A DNA stretch of 60,475 nucleotides from Octopus bimaculoides (lineage: Eukaryota). Below the pieces are notes generated by a model, which was not told where the DNA came from, did no database searches, and was given only the letters and a program-made list of their open reading frames with translations. This document shows positions 12,035 to 24,268 of this stretch, piece after piece. A program made the translations under genes and the position numbers. The stretch spans positions 54,507,040-54,567,514 of the forward strand of contig NC_068988.1 of NCBI RefSeq assembly GCF_001194135.2. Direction: 5' to 3'. Each line of letters begins with the position of its first letter. Within the stretch, counting starts at the first letter, position 1.

Positions 12035-12707
12035 AGTCTCAAATAAAATGCCTTGCAGTGTTCGTTACAACTCTTTATTATATTTAACTTCAAACCCCAC
12101 TGAGGTTAACTTTTCATCCTTTCTTGGTTGATAAAATAAAGTACCAATCAAGTGCTAAAGTTGAATTAATCAACAAAGGCCTTCCCCCAAATTTCGGGCT
12201 TTGAGTCAATGTTTGAAAGTATGGCAGAATCAAATACCTTGTTGTATTTGTTCCAGTTCTTTATATTCCGAGTTCAAATCTTGTCAAAGTCAACTTTGCC
12301 TTTCATCTTTCTGAAGTCAATAAAATTTAAATACCAGTAAAGCATTGGGGATTGAGTTCATTGATAAATCTCCTCTCCTCGAAATTCTGGCATTGTTGGT
12401 AAATTAGAAACAGTTGTTGTTATTATTATTATTATTATTATTATCATTATTATTATTATTATTATTATTACTATTATTATTATTATTATTTATCAAGGCA
12501 GCAAGATGGCAAAATCATTAGCATGCCAGGTGAAATGCTTAGTAGTATTTCATCTGTCTTTACATTCTGAGTTCAAATTCTGCCAAAATCAACTTTGCCT
12601 TTCATCCTTTCAGGGTTGATAAATTAAGTACCAGTTGCATACTGGGACCAATTTAATCGACTATCCCCCTCCCATAAATTTTAGGCCTTGCGCCTATAGA
12701 AGAAAGG

Positions 12708-12778
<71 letters not shown>

Positions 12779-13130
12779 ATAAGGTAGCAAGGTGGCAGAA
12801 TCGTTAGCATCCCAGGCGAAATGCTTAGCAGTAATTCGTTTGTCTTCATGTTCTGAGTATAAATGCTGCTGGGGTCATCTTTGCCTTACATCCTTTCAGG
12901 GTCGATAAATTAAGTACCAGTTACACACTGGGGTCGATGTAATTGACTTAATCCCTTCCCCCAAATTTGAAGCCTTGTGCTTCCAGTTGAAAGGATTATT
13001 ATCATTATTGTTGTTGTTGTTGTGAGGAAGGCATTAAATTGGCTGAATTGATAAAACAGCAGACAAATCACCCTGCAATGTTTATTTACATCCCTTTATA
13101 TTTTGAATTCAAATCCTAATGAGGTCAATT
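12035..13130 (+). mobile_element. Head-to-tail array of about five family C SINEs separated by (ATT)n
   Basis: Copies at about 12035-12220, 12221-12415, 12495-12708, 12781-12998 and 13025-13130, all on the + strand. Confidence 0.88.
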
Positions 13131-13163
13131 TCAACAAACTTTCTTCATTGGTCAGTATAATAA

Positions 13164-13482
13164 GTTGTTGGCACTCCATCGCTTACAATGTTGAGGGTTC
13201 CAGTTGATCCGATCAACGGAACAGCCTGCTCGTGAAATTAACGTGCAAGTGGTTGAGCACTCCACAGACACGTGTACCCTTAACGTAGTTCTCGGGGATA
13301 TTCAGCGTGACACAGTGTGACAAGGCTGGCCCTTTGAATTACAGGCACAACAGAAACAGGAAGTAAGAGTGAGAGAAAGTTGTGGTGGAAGAGTACAGCA
13401 GGGTTCGCCACTATCCCCCACCAGAGCTTCGTGGAGCTTTAGGTGTTTTCGCTCAATAAACACTCACAACACCCGGTCTGCA
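13164..13482 (-). mobile_element. SINE family B, 5' end lost in an N-gap
   Basis: High similarity to 5330-5712. Confidence 0.93.
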
Positions 13483-14099
13483 NNNNNNNNNNNNNNNNNN
13501 NNNNNNNNNNNNNNNNNNNNNNNNNNNNNNNNNNNNNNNNNNNNNNNNNNNNNNNNNNNNNNNNNNNNNNNNNNNNNNNNNNNNNNNNNNNNNNNNNNNN
13601 NNNNNNNNNNNNNNNNNNNNNNNNNNNNNNNNNNNNNNNNNNNNNNNNNNNNNNNNNNNNNNNNNNNNNNNNNNNNNNNNNNNNNNNNNNNNNNNNNNNN
13701 NNNNNNNNNNNNNNNNNNNNNNNNNNNNNNNNNNNNNNNNNNNNNNNNNNNNNNNNNNNNNNNNNNNNNNNNNNNNNNNNNNNNNNNNNNNNNNNNNNNN
13801 NNNNNNNNNNNNNNNNNNNNNNNNNNNNNNNNNNNNNNNNNNACAGCCCCAGCCCCACCAGAAAAAAAGCGGAATTTTGGGCTTTCTATCTATATTAGAT
13901 ATCATTTTTTAAAATCTTTTCTCCATTCTAAGCTGAAAACCCTGTTGTGTTTACTATGCTTTTCATCCTTCTGTGGTTGATGAAAATAAAATACCTATTG
14001 AGTATCAGGATTGACTTACTCAGCTAATGCCTCCTCTTCCAATAATATTGGCCTTGTTGCCTATGTTAGAAATTAACTCTACTATCACTGTTAGATTAC

Positions 14100-14148
14100 T
14101 AGAACTACTGCCAATTATTACGACGACTACAACTACTACTACTATTAC

Positions 14149-14184
<36 letters not shown>

Positions 14185-15075
14185 CACCACCATCATTACT
14201 ACTATTGCTGCTGCTGCTACTACCACCACTACCACCACTACCATCAACGCTAAAATTTCATCATAGTGTCCTCTGCTTGAATGTGTGCATGAGCTCTCTC
14301 TTGACACAGGGCCCAATTTGAACATATCTGTCTTATTGGCTAAAAACCAGCCCTGCATTTATACATACATTCATTATCATCCATTGTGGATCTCAGTTTT
14401 TGGGGACTGAAATATCTTCTGACACTAAAGACAGGAGCTAGGCTTTAGGATGCAGTCATAGCTATGCTGTGTATATGCTTTTGCCAGGATAAATTTTTGG
14501 TAATGGTGAGGTTCAGCATTTAGAGCAACCGCATGAAGGTTTTAGCCAAATGTCAGTCACAACTATGTACATGTGTATGTGTGCACGTGTGTGTATTTAA
14601 ATAAATATATTTGAATGCATATAGTATGTGTGGTGGGGGGGGGAGTAGTTGTATACAGCATTTCTGGTACTGTATCCTTCATATTTTTGCGTTTTCCTTC
14701 CTCCTTCTCTTACCCTCTCTTTCTCTCTCTTGCTCTTTCCCTGTTTCCCTCTCTCTCCCTCTCTCTCTCTGTCTTTATCTGTCTGTCTGTCTCTGTCTGC
14801 CTTTGTCAGCAAGTCTTTCTACACATATACACACTTACACATACACTCTCTCTCTCTCTTTCTCTCTCACTTTTTGTCTCTCTCCTCTCTCTCCCTTCTA
14901 TTTGTCTCTCTCTTTCTCTAGCTGTTTTTCTCCCTCTCTCTCTCTTTCTCTCACACTCACACTCTTTCTCTTTCTCTCAACTCTCTCTTAATACAATTTT
15001 AAAATGTTTCTCCCATTCATCCCTCTCCCTTGTTCTTCTTATTTCCTTCTCTCTTTCTTACTCTCAAACCACCAC
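14100..15075. repeat. (ACT/ACC)n tract (14100-14250) and long CT-rich low-complexity tract (14690-15075)
   Basis: Direct inspection. Confidence 0.85.
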
Positions 15076-15389
15076 CATCCATTCTGTTCCAAATCATTTC
15101 TTCCATCCCAGACCTCTAATAATTCACAATTAACCCCAACCCAATGAAGAGGCCACTGTGTCACCTGTCAATCAGCTCTAGGGAAGGCAGCCAAATCTCT
15201 TTCACATCATATCTTTTATCTTCTTATACTTGTTTAAATCATCAGAATGTGGCCATGTTGGAGCACCACCTTGAAGGACGTTAGTGAAACAAATGGACCC
15301 CAATACTTATTCTGGCACTTATTCTCTTTGTGCCTTTTACTGAACCCTTAAATTATGGGCATATAAACAAATCAGCATTGGTTGTCAAG

Positions 15390-15785
15390 AAGCAGCGGTA
15401 GTGGTGGTGGTCATCGTCGCCGTCATTGCCATCATCGTGGAGATGGTGGTGGTTGTCGTCATTGTCATCATGGTGATGGTGATGGTGATGCTGGTGGTGG
15501 TCATCATTGTCATCATGGTGATGGTGATGGTGATGGTGATGGTGATACTGGTGGTGGTCATCATGTTTGTGGTAGTGGTGGTCATAATCGTTATGGTGGC
15601 GGTGGTGGTGGTAGTGGTGGTGGTTGTCATCGTCATGGTCGTCATTGTCGTAGTAGTGATGGTGATGATGCTGGTTGTTGTGGTGGTTATTGTTATGGTT
15701 ATGGTCATCGTAGTGGTGATGGTGGTGTTGGTAGTGGTGCGAGTAGTTGTCGTTGTGATGATCGTCATGGTGCTGGTGCTGGTAT
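15390..15785. repeat. Degenerate (GGT/GAT/GTC)n trinucleotide tract
   Basis: Direct inspection; produces four overlapping low-complexity ORFs. Confidence 0.9.
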
Positions 15786-16244
15786 ATATTAAAAGTGTAT
15801 TTCAAATTCAGGAAGCTTAAACTGGTTAGTACCGGCCTGCTTAAGACTACTTATAATTAAAGTGTTTTTATTTAAAATCTTATAAGAATGATGTCATGAG
15901 ATTTTAGCCAGAGAATATCAACAATTATATATATGTAGAAACTTTAGATATTTTACTAAAAAAACCTCCCCAATCTGGGTTGTATTGAAAAGTAATTAAA
16001 AATAGGTACACACACACACACACACAGAGTTTAATCAGTTGATCTAAAGAAAGAGCCTTTTATTCCTCCTTGCTAGTTTGGACATGCACAGAAGAGTAGA
16101 GGTGGATATGAAGTAAACCAAGATGTTTACCAGATTTTCATTCCATGTGGAACTATTATACGAAGTCGTTCATGTTTTGGGATCTTCCTTTCATGTCTCC
16201 ATTACATGTTGCATCTCTAAGGTGCTGTCAAAGCAAGAATCTTT

Positions 16245-16697
16245 TACCTTTTGCATGTTTCAGTCATTGGACTGTGGCCATGCTGGGGCACTGTCTTGAA
16301 GGGTTTCGGTTGAACGAATCGATTACAGTACTTATGGTTTTTTTTTTTATTTCTCGTTTAAAGTCTGGTACTTATTCTATAGGTCTCTTTTGTCAACACA
16401 CTGAGTTACAGGGACATAAACAAACCAGCACCAGTTGTTGTGGAGAACAAACACAATGATACACACCTGCTCATATACACACACACACGCAGACACATCA
16501 TACACGCCCACAACATACACAATGCAGTACACATACACATACATACACACACCTCCACATCCACATACATCCATCCATATACACACACATTCACATACAC
16601 ACATCCACATACATACACACATACATACACACATACATACACACATACACACCCACACATCAACATACATCCATATACACCCACATGCCCACAACAC

Positions 16698-16733
<36 letters not shown>

Positions 16734-16878
16734 AGTTCCTGTCTACCAAATCTACTAACAAAATATTGGTTTGCCAAGGGCTATAGTGGAAGATATTAGC
16801 CCAAGGTATCATGCAACAGGACTGAACCCAGAAACATAGGGTTGCAAAGCAAGCTTCTTAACCACACAGCCATGCCTA
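16245..16878 (-). mobile_element. SINE family A with an expanded (about 280 bp) internal CA/TACA microsatellite
   Basis: 3' module at 16245-16450 and 5' module at 16735-16878 flank the microsatellite. Confidence 0.88.
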
Positions 16879-17148
16879 CATCTATCAGAACATTTTCTTC
16901 TATGTCAAGTCAGACCACACCATAACATCAGGGTGTGACATTTTTATGGTGATATGGCTTGGGAAAACGAGCAGCATTTTTTACTTCAAATCCACCTGCA
17001 TCATCCAGCCATTAGCACTATACAGAAGTCTGGGTGTTGGCTTTCATTTGCTTACATTCCTACATTGTCCTTTCTTAACCTGCTTGTGGAGAACAACAGG
17101 GTGAAAAACACATTGTGCTCATTATACAATAGCTCTAGCGTTGTTGTT

Positions 17149-17372
17149 TTAACCATTTAGCATTTAAACCAGCCAAATCCAGCCCAAATATACTTGTTTT
17201 ATGTTCTAAACAGCCAGATCCAGCCTATAACTCCTACCCTCCAATGCCATTATAAAATATACAACCACATCATCAAAATTTCAAATTGACAAAACAATGC
17301 ATGGTTAATTAAATACAATTTGAACGAAAATGTATTACATTTGGCAGAATAATCTGAATGTTAAAGGGTTAA
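17149..17372 (-). mobile_element. piggyBac-type MITE (family G), full length
   Basis: TTAA at 17149-52 and 17369-72 flanking CCATTTAGCATT...AATGTTAAAGGG. Confidence 0.92.
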
Positions 17373-17374
17373 GG

Positions 17375-18035
17375 CAAAAGTTCTCAACCATTTTTTACCT
17401 ATGGATCCCTCTAATTCCTATTTTACCTGGGTGGATCCTCATCGCATTCGATGCTTAAAAAAATCCTATTATATTTTCATATTAAAAATTATCAGAAACT
17501 GTACAAAAAAAACTGTTAAAATATTTTGTGTATTGTGGTAAGTAGCTTGCTTACCAGCTACATGGTTCCGGGTTCATTCCCACTGCGTGGCACCTTGGGC
17601 AAGTGTCTTCTACTATAGCCTTGGGCCGACCAAAGCCTTGTGAGTGGATTTGGTAGACAGAAACTGAAAGAAGCCCGTCATATATATGTATATATATATA
17701 TGTGTGTGTATATGTTTGTGTCTGTGTTTGTCCCCCAACATCGCTTGACAACCGATGCTGGTGTGTTTACGTCCCTGTAACTTAGCGGTTTGACAAAAGA
17801 GATCGATAGAATAAGTACTAGGCTTCCAAAGAATAAGTCCTGGGGTCGATTTGCTCGAGTAAAAGGTGGTGCTCCAACATGGCAGCAGTCAAATGACTGA
17901 AACAAGTAAAAGAGTAAAAGAGTAAAAGAGTATTGTAGAAATATAACCAGTTTATTATACATAAATTTTAACAACAAAGTCTTATATGGACTCCCCACCC
18001 ACCAGGGTCATATGGACCCAAGTTTAGAGCCACTG
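17375..18035 (+). mobile_element. hAT (Charlie-like) MITE split by a family A SINE
   Basis: Degenerate TIRs caaaagttctcaacc / agtttagagccactg and subterminal catatggaccc motifs. Confidence 0.6.
17535..17930 (+). mobile_element. SINE family A (5' few nt missing), possible 7-bp TSD gtattgt
   Basis: High similarity to 27703-28125; gtattgt at 17530-36 and 17930-36. Confidence 0.92.
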
Positions 18036-18367
18036 TTTTAGGGCATCAGGAAAGATACTCAGCACTTGGTTGTGTTACCAGACAAATTTTGCAAGGGGTG
18101 ACTTAAATACTGGCAAAGTATATTTCTATGATGCTTTACCCATATACTGATGACAGTCAGCAGTATCACTGCAATCCTATCATCTAATAAGGGTCAGGGA
18201 TAGCAAAACACAGGACATACAACTCTCTGAAGGAATTGCAAAATCTCGGTTCCATTTACCATAATATGTCCCACTATAGCTTCATGTGTGTGTGTGCACA
18301 TGTGCATGATTGTATAAGTGTTTGTATGCATGTGTATGTTTATGCATAAATATGTATGTGTGTGTAT

Positions 18368-18709
18368 AAGAGGGTAAAAAAGAGTAAAGACCCCCTTTTG
18401 ATCATGAATGACCATGAGATTGCACCTAGAATGTTCCCCTCCAAGGCTCAAGTCTATGGAAGACCAGCCATTGCCCATGTATACCAGCCTCCTCTCTCTA
18501 CACCACTGATGTTATCAAAGGGAAAGGTAAAGGTTGATACAGCTTGGCACCAGTGACATTACAACTCATTTCTACAGCTCAGTGAACTGGAGCAATGTGA
18601 AATAAAGTGTCTTGCTCAAGAACACAACACAAAACCTGGTCCAGGAATCAGACTCACCATTTTATGATTGTGAGCCTGATGCTCTAACCACTGAACCATG
18701 TGCCTTCAC
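18368..18709 (-). mobile_element. SINE with a D-type head/core and a different 3' module (variant F)
   Basis: Head and core match 11026-11287; the tail matches the isolated module at 33525-33705. Confidence 0.88.
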
Positions 18710-19320
18710 TTCTGTGTGTATATACACATACATATTCATACATAGAAACACTTATATAAATATATAATCACGTACAAATATTTTATTTATACTTAAACCC
18801 AAAATTATGTGCACAACATAAACACACAAATTTACACATTCACACATACATAAACTCACACATACATATCTACATACACACATGGTTATAATTAAGTAAA
18901 CACTTGTGAAGTTTCAGCTTAAAAATAAAATCTATATAAATATATATACTCACACACTCACATGTACACACATACAGGCAAACATGTATGCAAACACTCA
19001 CCTTTTAATTTCAAAATGCAATTTATGTTTCTTTACAGTTTGGTTTATATATCCATTGCTTCTGTGAATTTATTTATGTATTTCACATTAAATAAAAGCA
19101 GCAATGATATACCTGATTTGTATGCTTTCATAAAAATATAAACTATTTATAGATAATAACTGGGTTAATGAAGGTCAGTTTCATTATAGTACAGCTGTTA
19201 GCATGCTTGTTTTGTCAGTAGGAGTACAGTGTTCAGCACTGTCCTGTGGAAGCTGTTGCATACTTCCTTCAAATTTTATATCTTAATACACATATACATA
19301 AACATATATACATATATATA

Positions 19321-19530
19321 GGTGCAGGAGTGGCTGTGTGGTAAGTAGCTTGCTTACCAACCAAATGGGTCTGGATTCAATCCTGCTGCATAGCACCTTG
19401 GACAAGTATCTTCTACTAAAGCCTTGGGCCAACCAAAGCCTTGTGAGTGGATTTGGTAGATGGAAACAGAAAGAAGTCCGTCATATATGTGAGTGTGTGT
19501 GTGTGTGTATGCATATGTTTGTGTGTCTGT
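19321..19530 (+). mobile_element. SINE family A, 5' half
   Basis: ggagtggctgtgtggtaagtagcttgcttaccaacc..., ending in a TG microsatellite. Confidence 0.9.
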
Positions 19531-19681
19531 GTTTGTCCTGTCAAACTAGATAACCCATGCCAGCATGGAAGTCAAACATTACAAATTAATGATGATGGTT
19601 GATATATAAATATATATATATACAAGTGAGTGGACAAACGAACGAAAGGCGCTCAACCAATTTATGGGGAGTTACATGTAT

Positions 19682-19935
19682 GGATCAAAACAGTTTGATT
19701 CAGATTCGTTGAAACTCATGAGTACCAACGAATTTGAATCAAACTGTTTTGATCCTTATATATCTAATTGTTATTTCTCGTGTCCACCTATGTATTGTCT
19801 ATCTGTCTGAATGTTTTATTGCCCTCTATTGCGTTTTTGTACCTCCTCTACAATTAGACACCTGTTTCTGTCTCTCTGTTACACTCTAACCTTTCATCAT
19901 CTGACACAAAATCACCTCCTCCAATGCCTCCTCCC
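19682..19935 (+). mobile_element. Probable Penelope-like terminal-repeat remnant with an inverted 5' end (74-bp palindrome at 19682-19755)
   Basis: 30-bp inverted arms with one mismatch around GAAAC-TCATGA-GTA, which resembles a hammerhead 3' half. Confidence 0.55.
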
Positions 19936-19939
19936 CTCT

Positions 19940-20262
19940 CAAAGATTCTTTGTCTTGCAAGTTATTTGGTGATCCTGCCAGTGCTAGTGCCACATGAAAT
20001 GCATCCAGTCCACACTGTAAAATGGTTGGCATTTGGAAGGGCATCCAACTGTAAAATCATGCCAAAACTGACCTTGTCTGTGCTGGTGCCACATAAAAAG
20101 CACTCAGTCCACTCTGTAGGGTGGTTGGTGTTAGGAAGGGCATCCAACCATAAGCACTATGCCAAAAGAGACGCCGAAGTCTGGGGCAGTCTTCTGCCGA
20201 GCCAGCTCCTGTCAAACCATCCAACCATTGCCACTATGGAAGGCAGACATTAAACAATGATG
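19940..20262 (+). mobile_element. Family E repeat (RTE-type 3' end) with an internal ~100-bp duplication
   Basis: Two copies of tgccaca..aaa.gca.ccagtccac.ctgta...tggttgg..tt.ggaagggcatccaac; tail ...gacattaaacaatgatgat. Confidence 0.85.
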
Positions 20263-20287
20263 ATATATATAAGTTTACTTCTCATTC

Positions 20288-20612
20288 ACATGGTTTCATG
20301 TTCAATCCCACTGCTTGGCACCTTGAGCAAGTGTCTTCTACTGATGCCCCAGGCCATACAAATCCTTGTGAATAGATTTGGAGATGGAAACTGATGTGTG
20401 TGTGTGTGTGCTTATCTCCTCACTACTTCGTAACTGGTGTTGTTTTGTTCACATACCTATAACTTAGCAGTTTGCCAAAAGAGACCAATAGAATAAGTAC
20501 CAGACTTTAAAAGAAACACATACTGGGGACAATTTATTTGACTAAAACATTTCAAAGCAGTGTTGTAGCATGACCACAGTCCAATGAAAGAAACAAGTAA
20601 AAGATAAAAGAT
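20288..20612 (+). mobile_element. SINE family A, degenerate
   Basis: Both modules are recognisable around a short TG tract. Confidence 0.8.
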
Positions 20613-21309
20613 ACATACAAATGTATGGCTGTGAAATAGAACAGATTTGTTTAACCATTGAAACCAATGCCTTGTGGTATTTGTTTAACTCTTCTGCATT
20701 GTGAGTTCAAATCAGGTATCAGTCAAGAGCAGAGAATTCACCTAATCGTTAAAGGGTTGTTTGAAGTGCTTTGTAGTACTTATTCTAGCTTTTTGCAGTC
20801 TGGTGGTTACACCTACAACAATGCAAGTGCCAAAGTTGCATTGGCCTTGCCTTTCTTTTGGTCAACAACACTGGTGTGGAGGCAGGAGATTATTAGTGTT
20901 GGAAAACAGTTAGCCTCACCCTCCAACATACATACATACATACATACATACATACATGTGTCTGTGTGCATGTGTGTGGATATATATATATATCCTCCTC
21001 CTCCTCCTCATCATCATCATCATCATCACCATTATCATCATCATCTTCATCATTTTAACATCCACTTTTCCGTTTTAACATCCACTTTTCCGTTTTAACA
21101 TCCACTTTTCCGTGCTTGCATGGATCGGACTTTACATATATATATATGTATGTATATGGGAAAAGATATATTTGTCAGTGTCTATATCATTAGAATGACC
21201 ACCCAGTTTGATTACATTTTTCCTTAGTTACTTCATGCCTACACACCTTAATAATAAACACTTTAGATTTTGGCATTTGTTTTTCAGGTTCTGGCACTAC
21301 CGACATATG

Positions 21310-21840
21310 AGTGTGTGTATATGTGTATATGTGTCTGTGCACACATGTGCACTTGTGCATATATGTGGACATATATATATAATGCACATCCACATATGTT
21401 TTATATATATATATACATACATATATATATAACAGTAATATCTATAGGTATGCATATCTATGTATCTATGAGCATATGCATATACACACACACACATGTA
21501 TACATATATGCATGCAGATTTGTATGTTAGATCTGTGATTGCCAGTGTATATATGTGTATATGTGTCTGTGCACACATGTGCACTTGTGCATATATGTGG
21601 ACATATATATATAATGNNNNNNNNNNNNNNNNNNNNNNNNNNNNNNNNNNNNNNNNNNNNNNNNNATATATATATATATATATATATATACATACATATA
21701 TATATAACAGTAATATCTATAGGTATGCATATCTATGTATCTATGAGCATATGCATATACACACACACACATGTATACATATATGCATGCAGATTTGTAT
21801 GTTAGATCTGTGATTGCCAGTGTATATATGTGTATATGTG
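21310..21840. repeat. Near-perfect tandem duplication of a ~235-bp TA/CA-rich unit spanning an N-gap
   Basis: The unit containing ...cagatttgtatgttagatctgtgattgccagtg occurs twice; may be an assembly artefact. Confidence 0.75.
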
Positions 21841-22356
21841 TAAATTTGTGTATATGAACATCTGTACATTCGTACACACACACATGTATGTCTACGTATT
21901 ACTTGAACATATGGAAGTATGCATGTGATTGCATGACTGTATGTATTAAACGCATATTTTATCCTGGCAGTGTTGGGGTGAAATTTCGGTATTGTATTGG
22001 TGGTGGTGTCAGTGGTGGAGGTGGTGGTGCCAGCAAATATTTCACAAACCTAATATTCAGAAGGTCGTAGTTTAGTTTTCAACAAAAAAAAAAATAAAAC
22101 AAAATTAAAATAAAATTCATTTGAACTTCTTCATGTTTCTTCTTTTTCATTAAAAAAGACAATAAAACAAATTTACATGAAATAGAAATTTGTTGAAAAT
22201 TTAAGTATCTGCCTTTTCCCCTCTCTCTCCTCTCTATTCCCCTTTCTTTGTTTCTTTCTTTCTATCTCTCTGTGTCTTTTTCTGTCTATTTCCCTATCTT
22301 CATCTCTGTATATATACATATATATATATAATTTTAACATGACAATNNNNNNNNNN

Positions 22357-22408
<52 letters not shown>

Positions 22409-22584
22409 CGTTTGTGCTCACACTTTCATGCATGTGTATATGCGCATGGGTGTGTATATGCGCATGGGTGTGTATGTGTGTGCACATGTGTACGCATGCA
22501 TGCTATTTTGCTCTTTTACTTATTCTAGTCATTGAAATGATGATTTGGTGAGGTTCCAATATATTTCTCTCTTTCTCCCACCAC

Positions 22585-22617
<33 letters not shown>

Positions 22618-22739
22618 AACACACACACACACACATTGTCAATATGTGTAGTTTAGCAGTTTACTTCAGATTCACATGGTTCCAGGTTTGGACACACTGC
22701 GCTGTACAACACTCTGGACATGGTCTGACATATGCATAG

Positions 22740-22784
<45 letters not shown>

Positions 22785-22789
22785 TGTGT

Positions 22790-23275
22790 ATTCTTTATTC
22801 TTTTACTGGTTTCAGTCATTCGACTGTGGCCATACCGGAGCACTGTCTTTAGTCGAAAAAATTGACCCCAGGACTTATTCTTTGTAAGCCTAGTACTTAT
22901 TCTATCGGTCCCCTTTGCCAAACCACTATGTTTCAGGGATGTAAACACACCAACATAGTTTGTCAAGCGATGGTGGGGTGGACAAACACAAACACACAAA
23001 CATGTATATATATATATATATATATATCTTGAAAACTCATTGAAAACTCTGTGTGTGTGTGTTTGTGTGTGCACGCGTTTGTGTGTCTGTGTTTTTCCCC
23101 CTACCATCACTTGACAACCGATGTTGGTGCGTTTATGTCCCCGTAACTTAGTGGTTCGGCAAAAGGGGTCAATAAAATAAGTACTGGGCTTACAAAGAAT
23201 AAGTCCTGGGATCAATTTGTTCGACTAAAGGTGGTGCTCCAGCATGGCCACAGTCAAATGACTAAAACAAGTAAA
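22790..23275. mobile_element. Two family A 3' halves in inverted orientation (22790-23000 minus; 23050-23275 plus)
   Basis: Both match the ccgatagaataagtact...gactgaaacaagtaaa module. Confidence 0.88.
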
Positions 23276-23539
23276 NNNNNNNNNNNNNNNNNNNNNNNNN
23301 NNNNNNNNNNNNNNNNNNNNNNNNNNNNNNNNNNNNNNNNNNNNNNNNNNNNNNNNNNNNNNNNNNNNNNNNNNNNNNNNNNNNNNNNNNNNNNNNNNNN
23401 NNNNNNNNNNNNNNNNNNNNNNNNNNNNNNNNNNNNNNNNTATATATATATATATATATCTTGAAAACTCATTGAAAACTCTGTGTGTGTGTATTTGTGA
23501 GTATGTATATGTATATATATTATGATTTTGCATCAGCAT

Positions 23540-23745
23540 AGTGACAGTTTTTAAAATTCAATATACCTATGCTTTGGAGTGGAGTATTAAGAGAATACAG
23601 AGTATAATATCAATAAATGATTGACAAAGTAACAGGAGTTGTGTAATAAACTGCATTAGCTTACAGTTATTTCTGCTATTAGAATCAGTGCACTCAGAGA
23701 TGAGTTCTCATGCATCATCCTATGGCTTCATCAGAGCCTTTAAAA
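23540..23745 (-). mobile_element. Probable Penelope-like terminal-repeat remnant with a degenerate hammerhead-like motif (23659-23737)
   Basis: Minus strand: GCT-CTGATGA-A-GCC...AGCA-GAAA-TAACT-GTA-AGC. Confidence 0.5.
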
Positions 23746-24034
23746 TAAAGTGAGATAGATAGGTAGATAGATAGATAGATAGACAGACAGACACATGGAC
23801 TCAATGTAGGATTGCAAAATTGATGCTTCAAACAATAATATATCGTGGTATTTTGATCTGTCTGTGTTACGTCCCTTTACATGGAACCAGCTTTGCTTTC
23901 ATTCTTCTCTATAAAATAAGTGCCTCTATAAAAGAACTGGATATAACTGAGCAAAACCTATGAAAGCAACCCCCGCTTGCCCCAATGTGGGTGTAGTTCA
24001 ATGATTGGAACAAGTAAAAGAATAAGAATATATA

Positions 24035-24220
24035 CTATTTCTTGTTTGTTTAAGTCATTGGACTGCAGCCATGCTGGGGCACCACCTTGGAGATTTTAAT
24101 CCAACAAATCAAAGCCCAGTACATAGTTTGCCTTTGTTTTTTTAATTTGGTACTTATTCAGTGCCTTTTGCTGAATAGCTATGTTATGAGGATGTAAACA
24201 AACCAACACTGATTGTGAAG

Positions 24221-24268
<48 letters not shown>

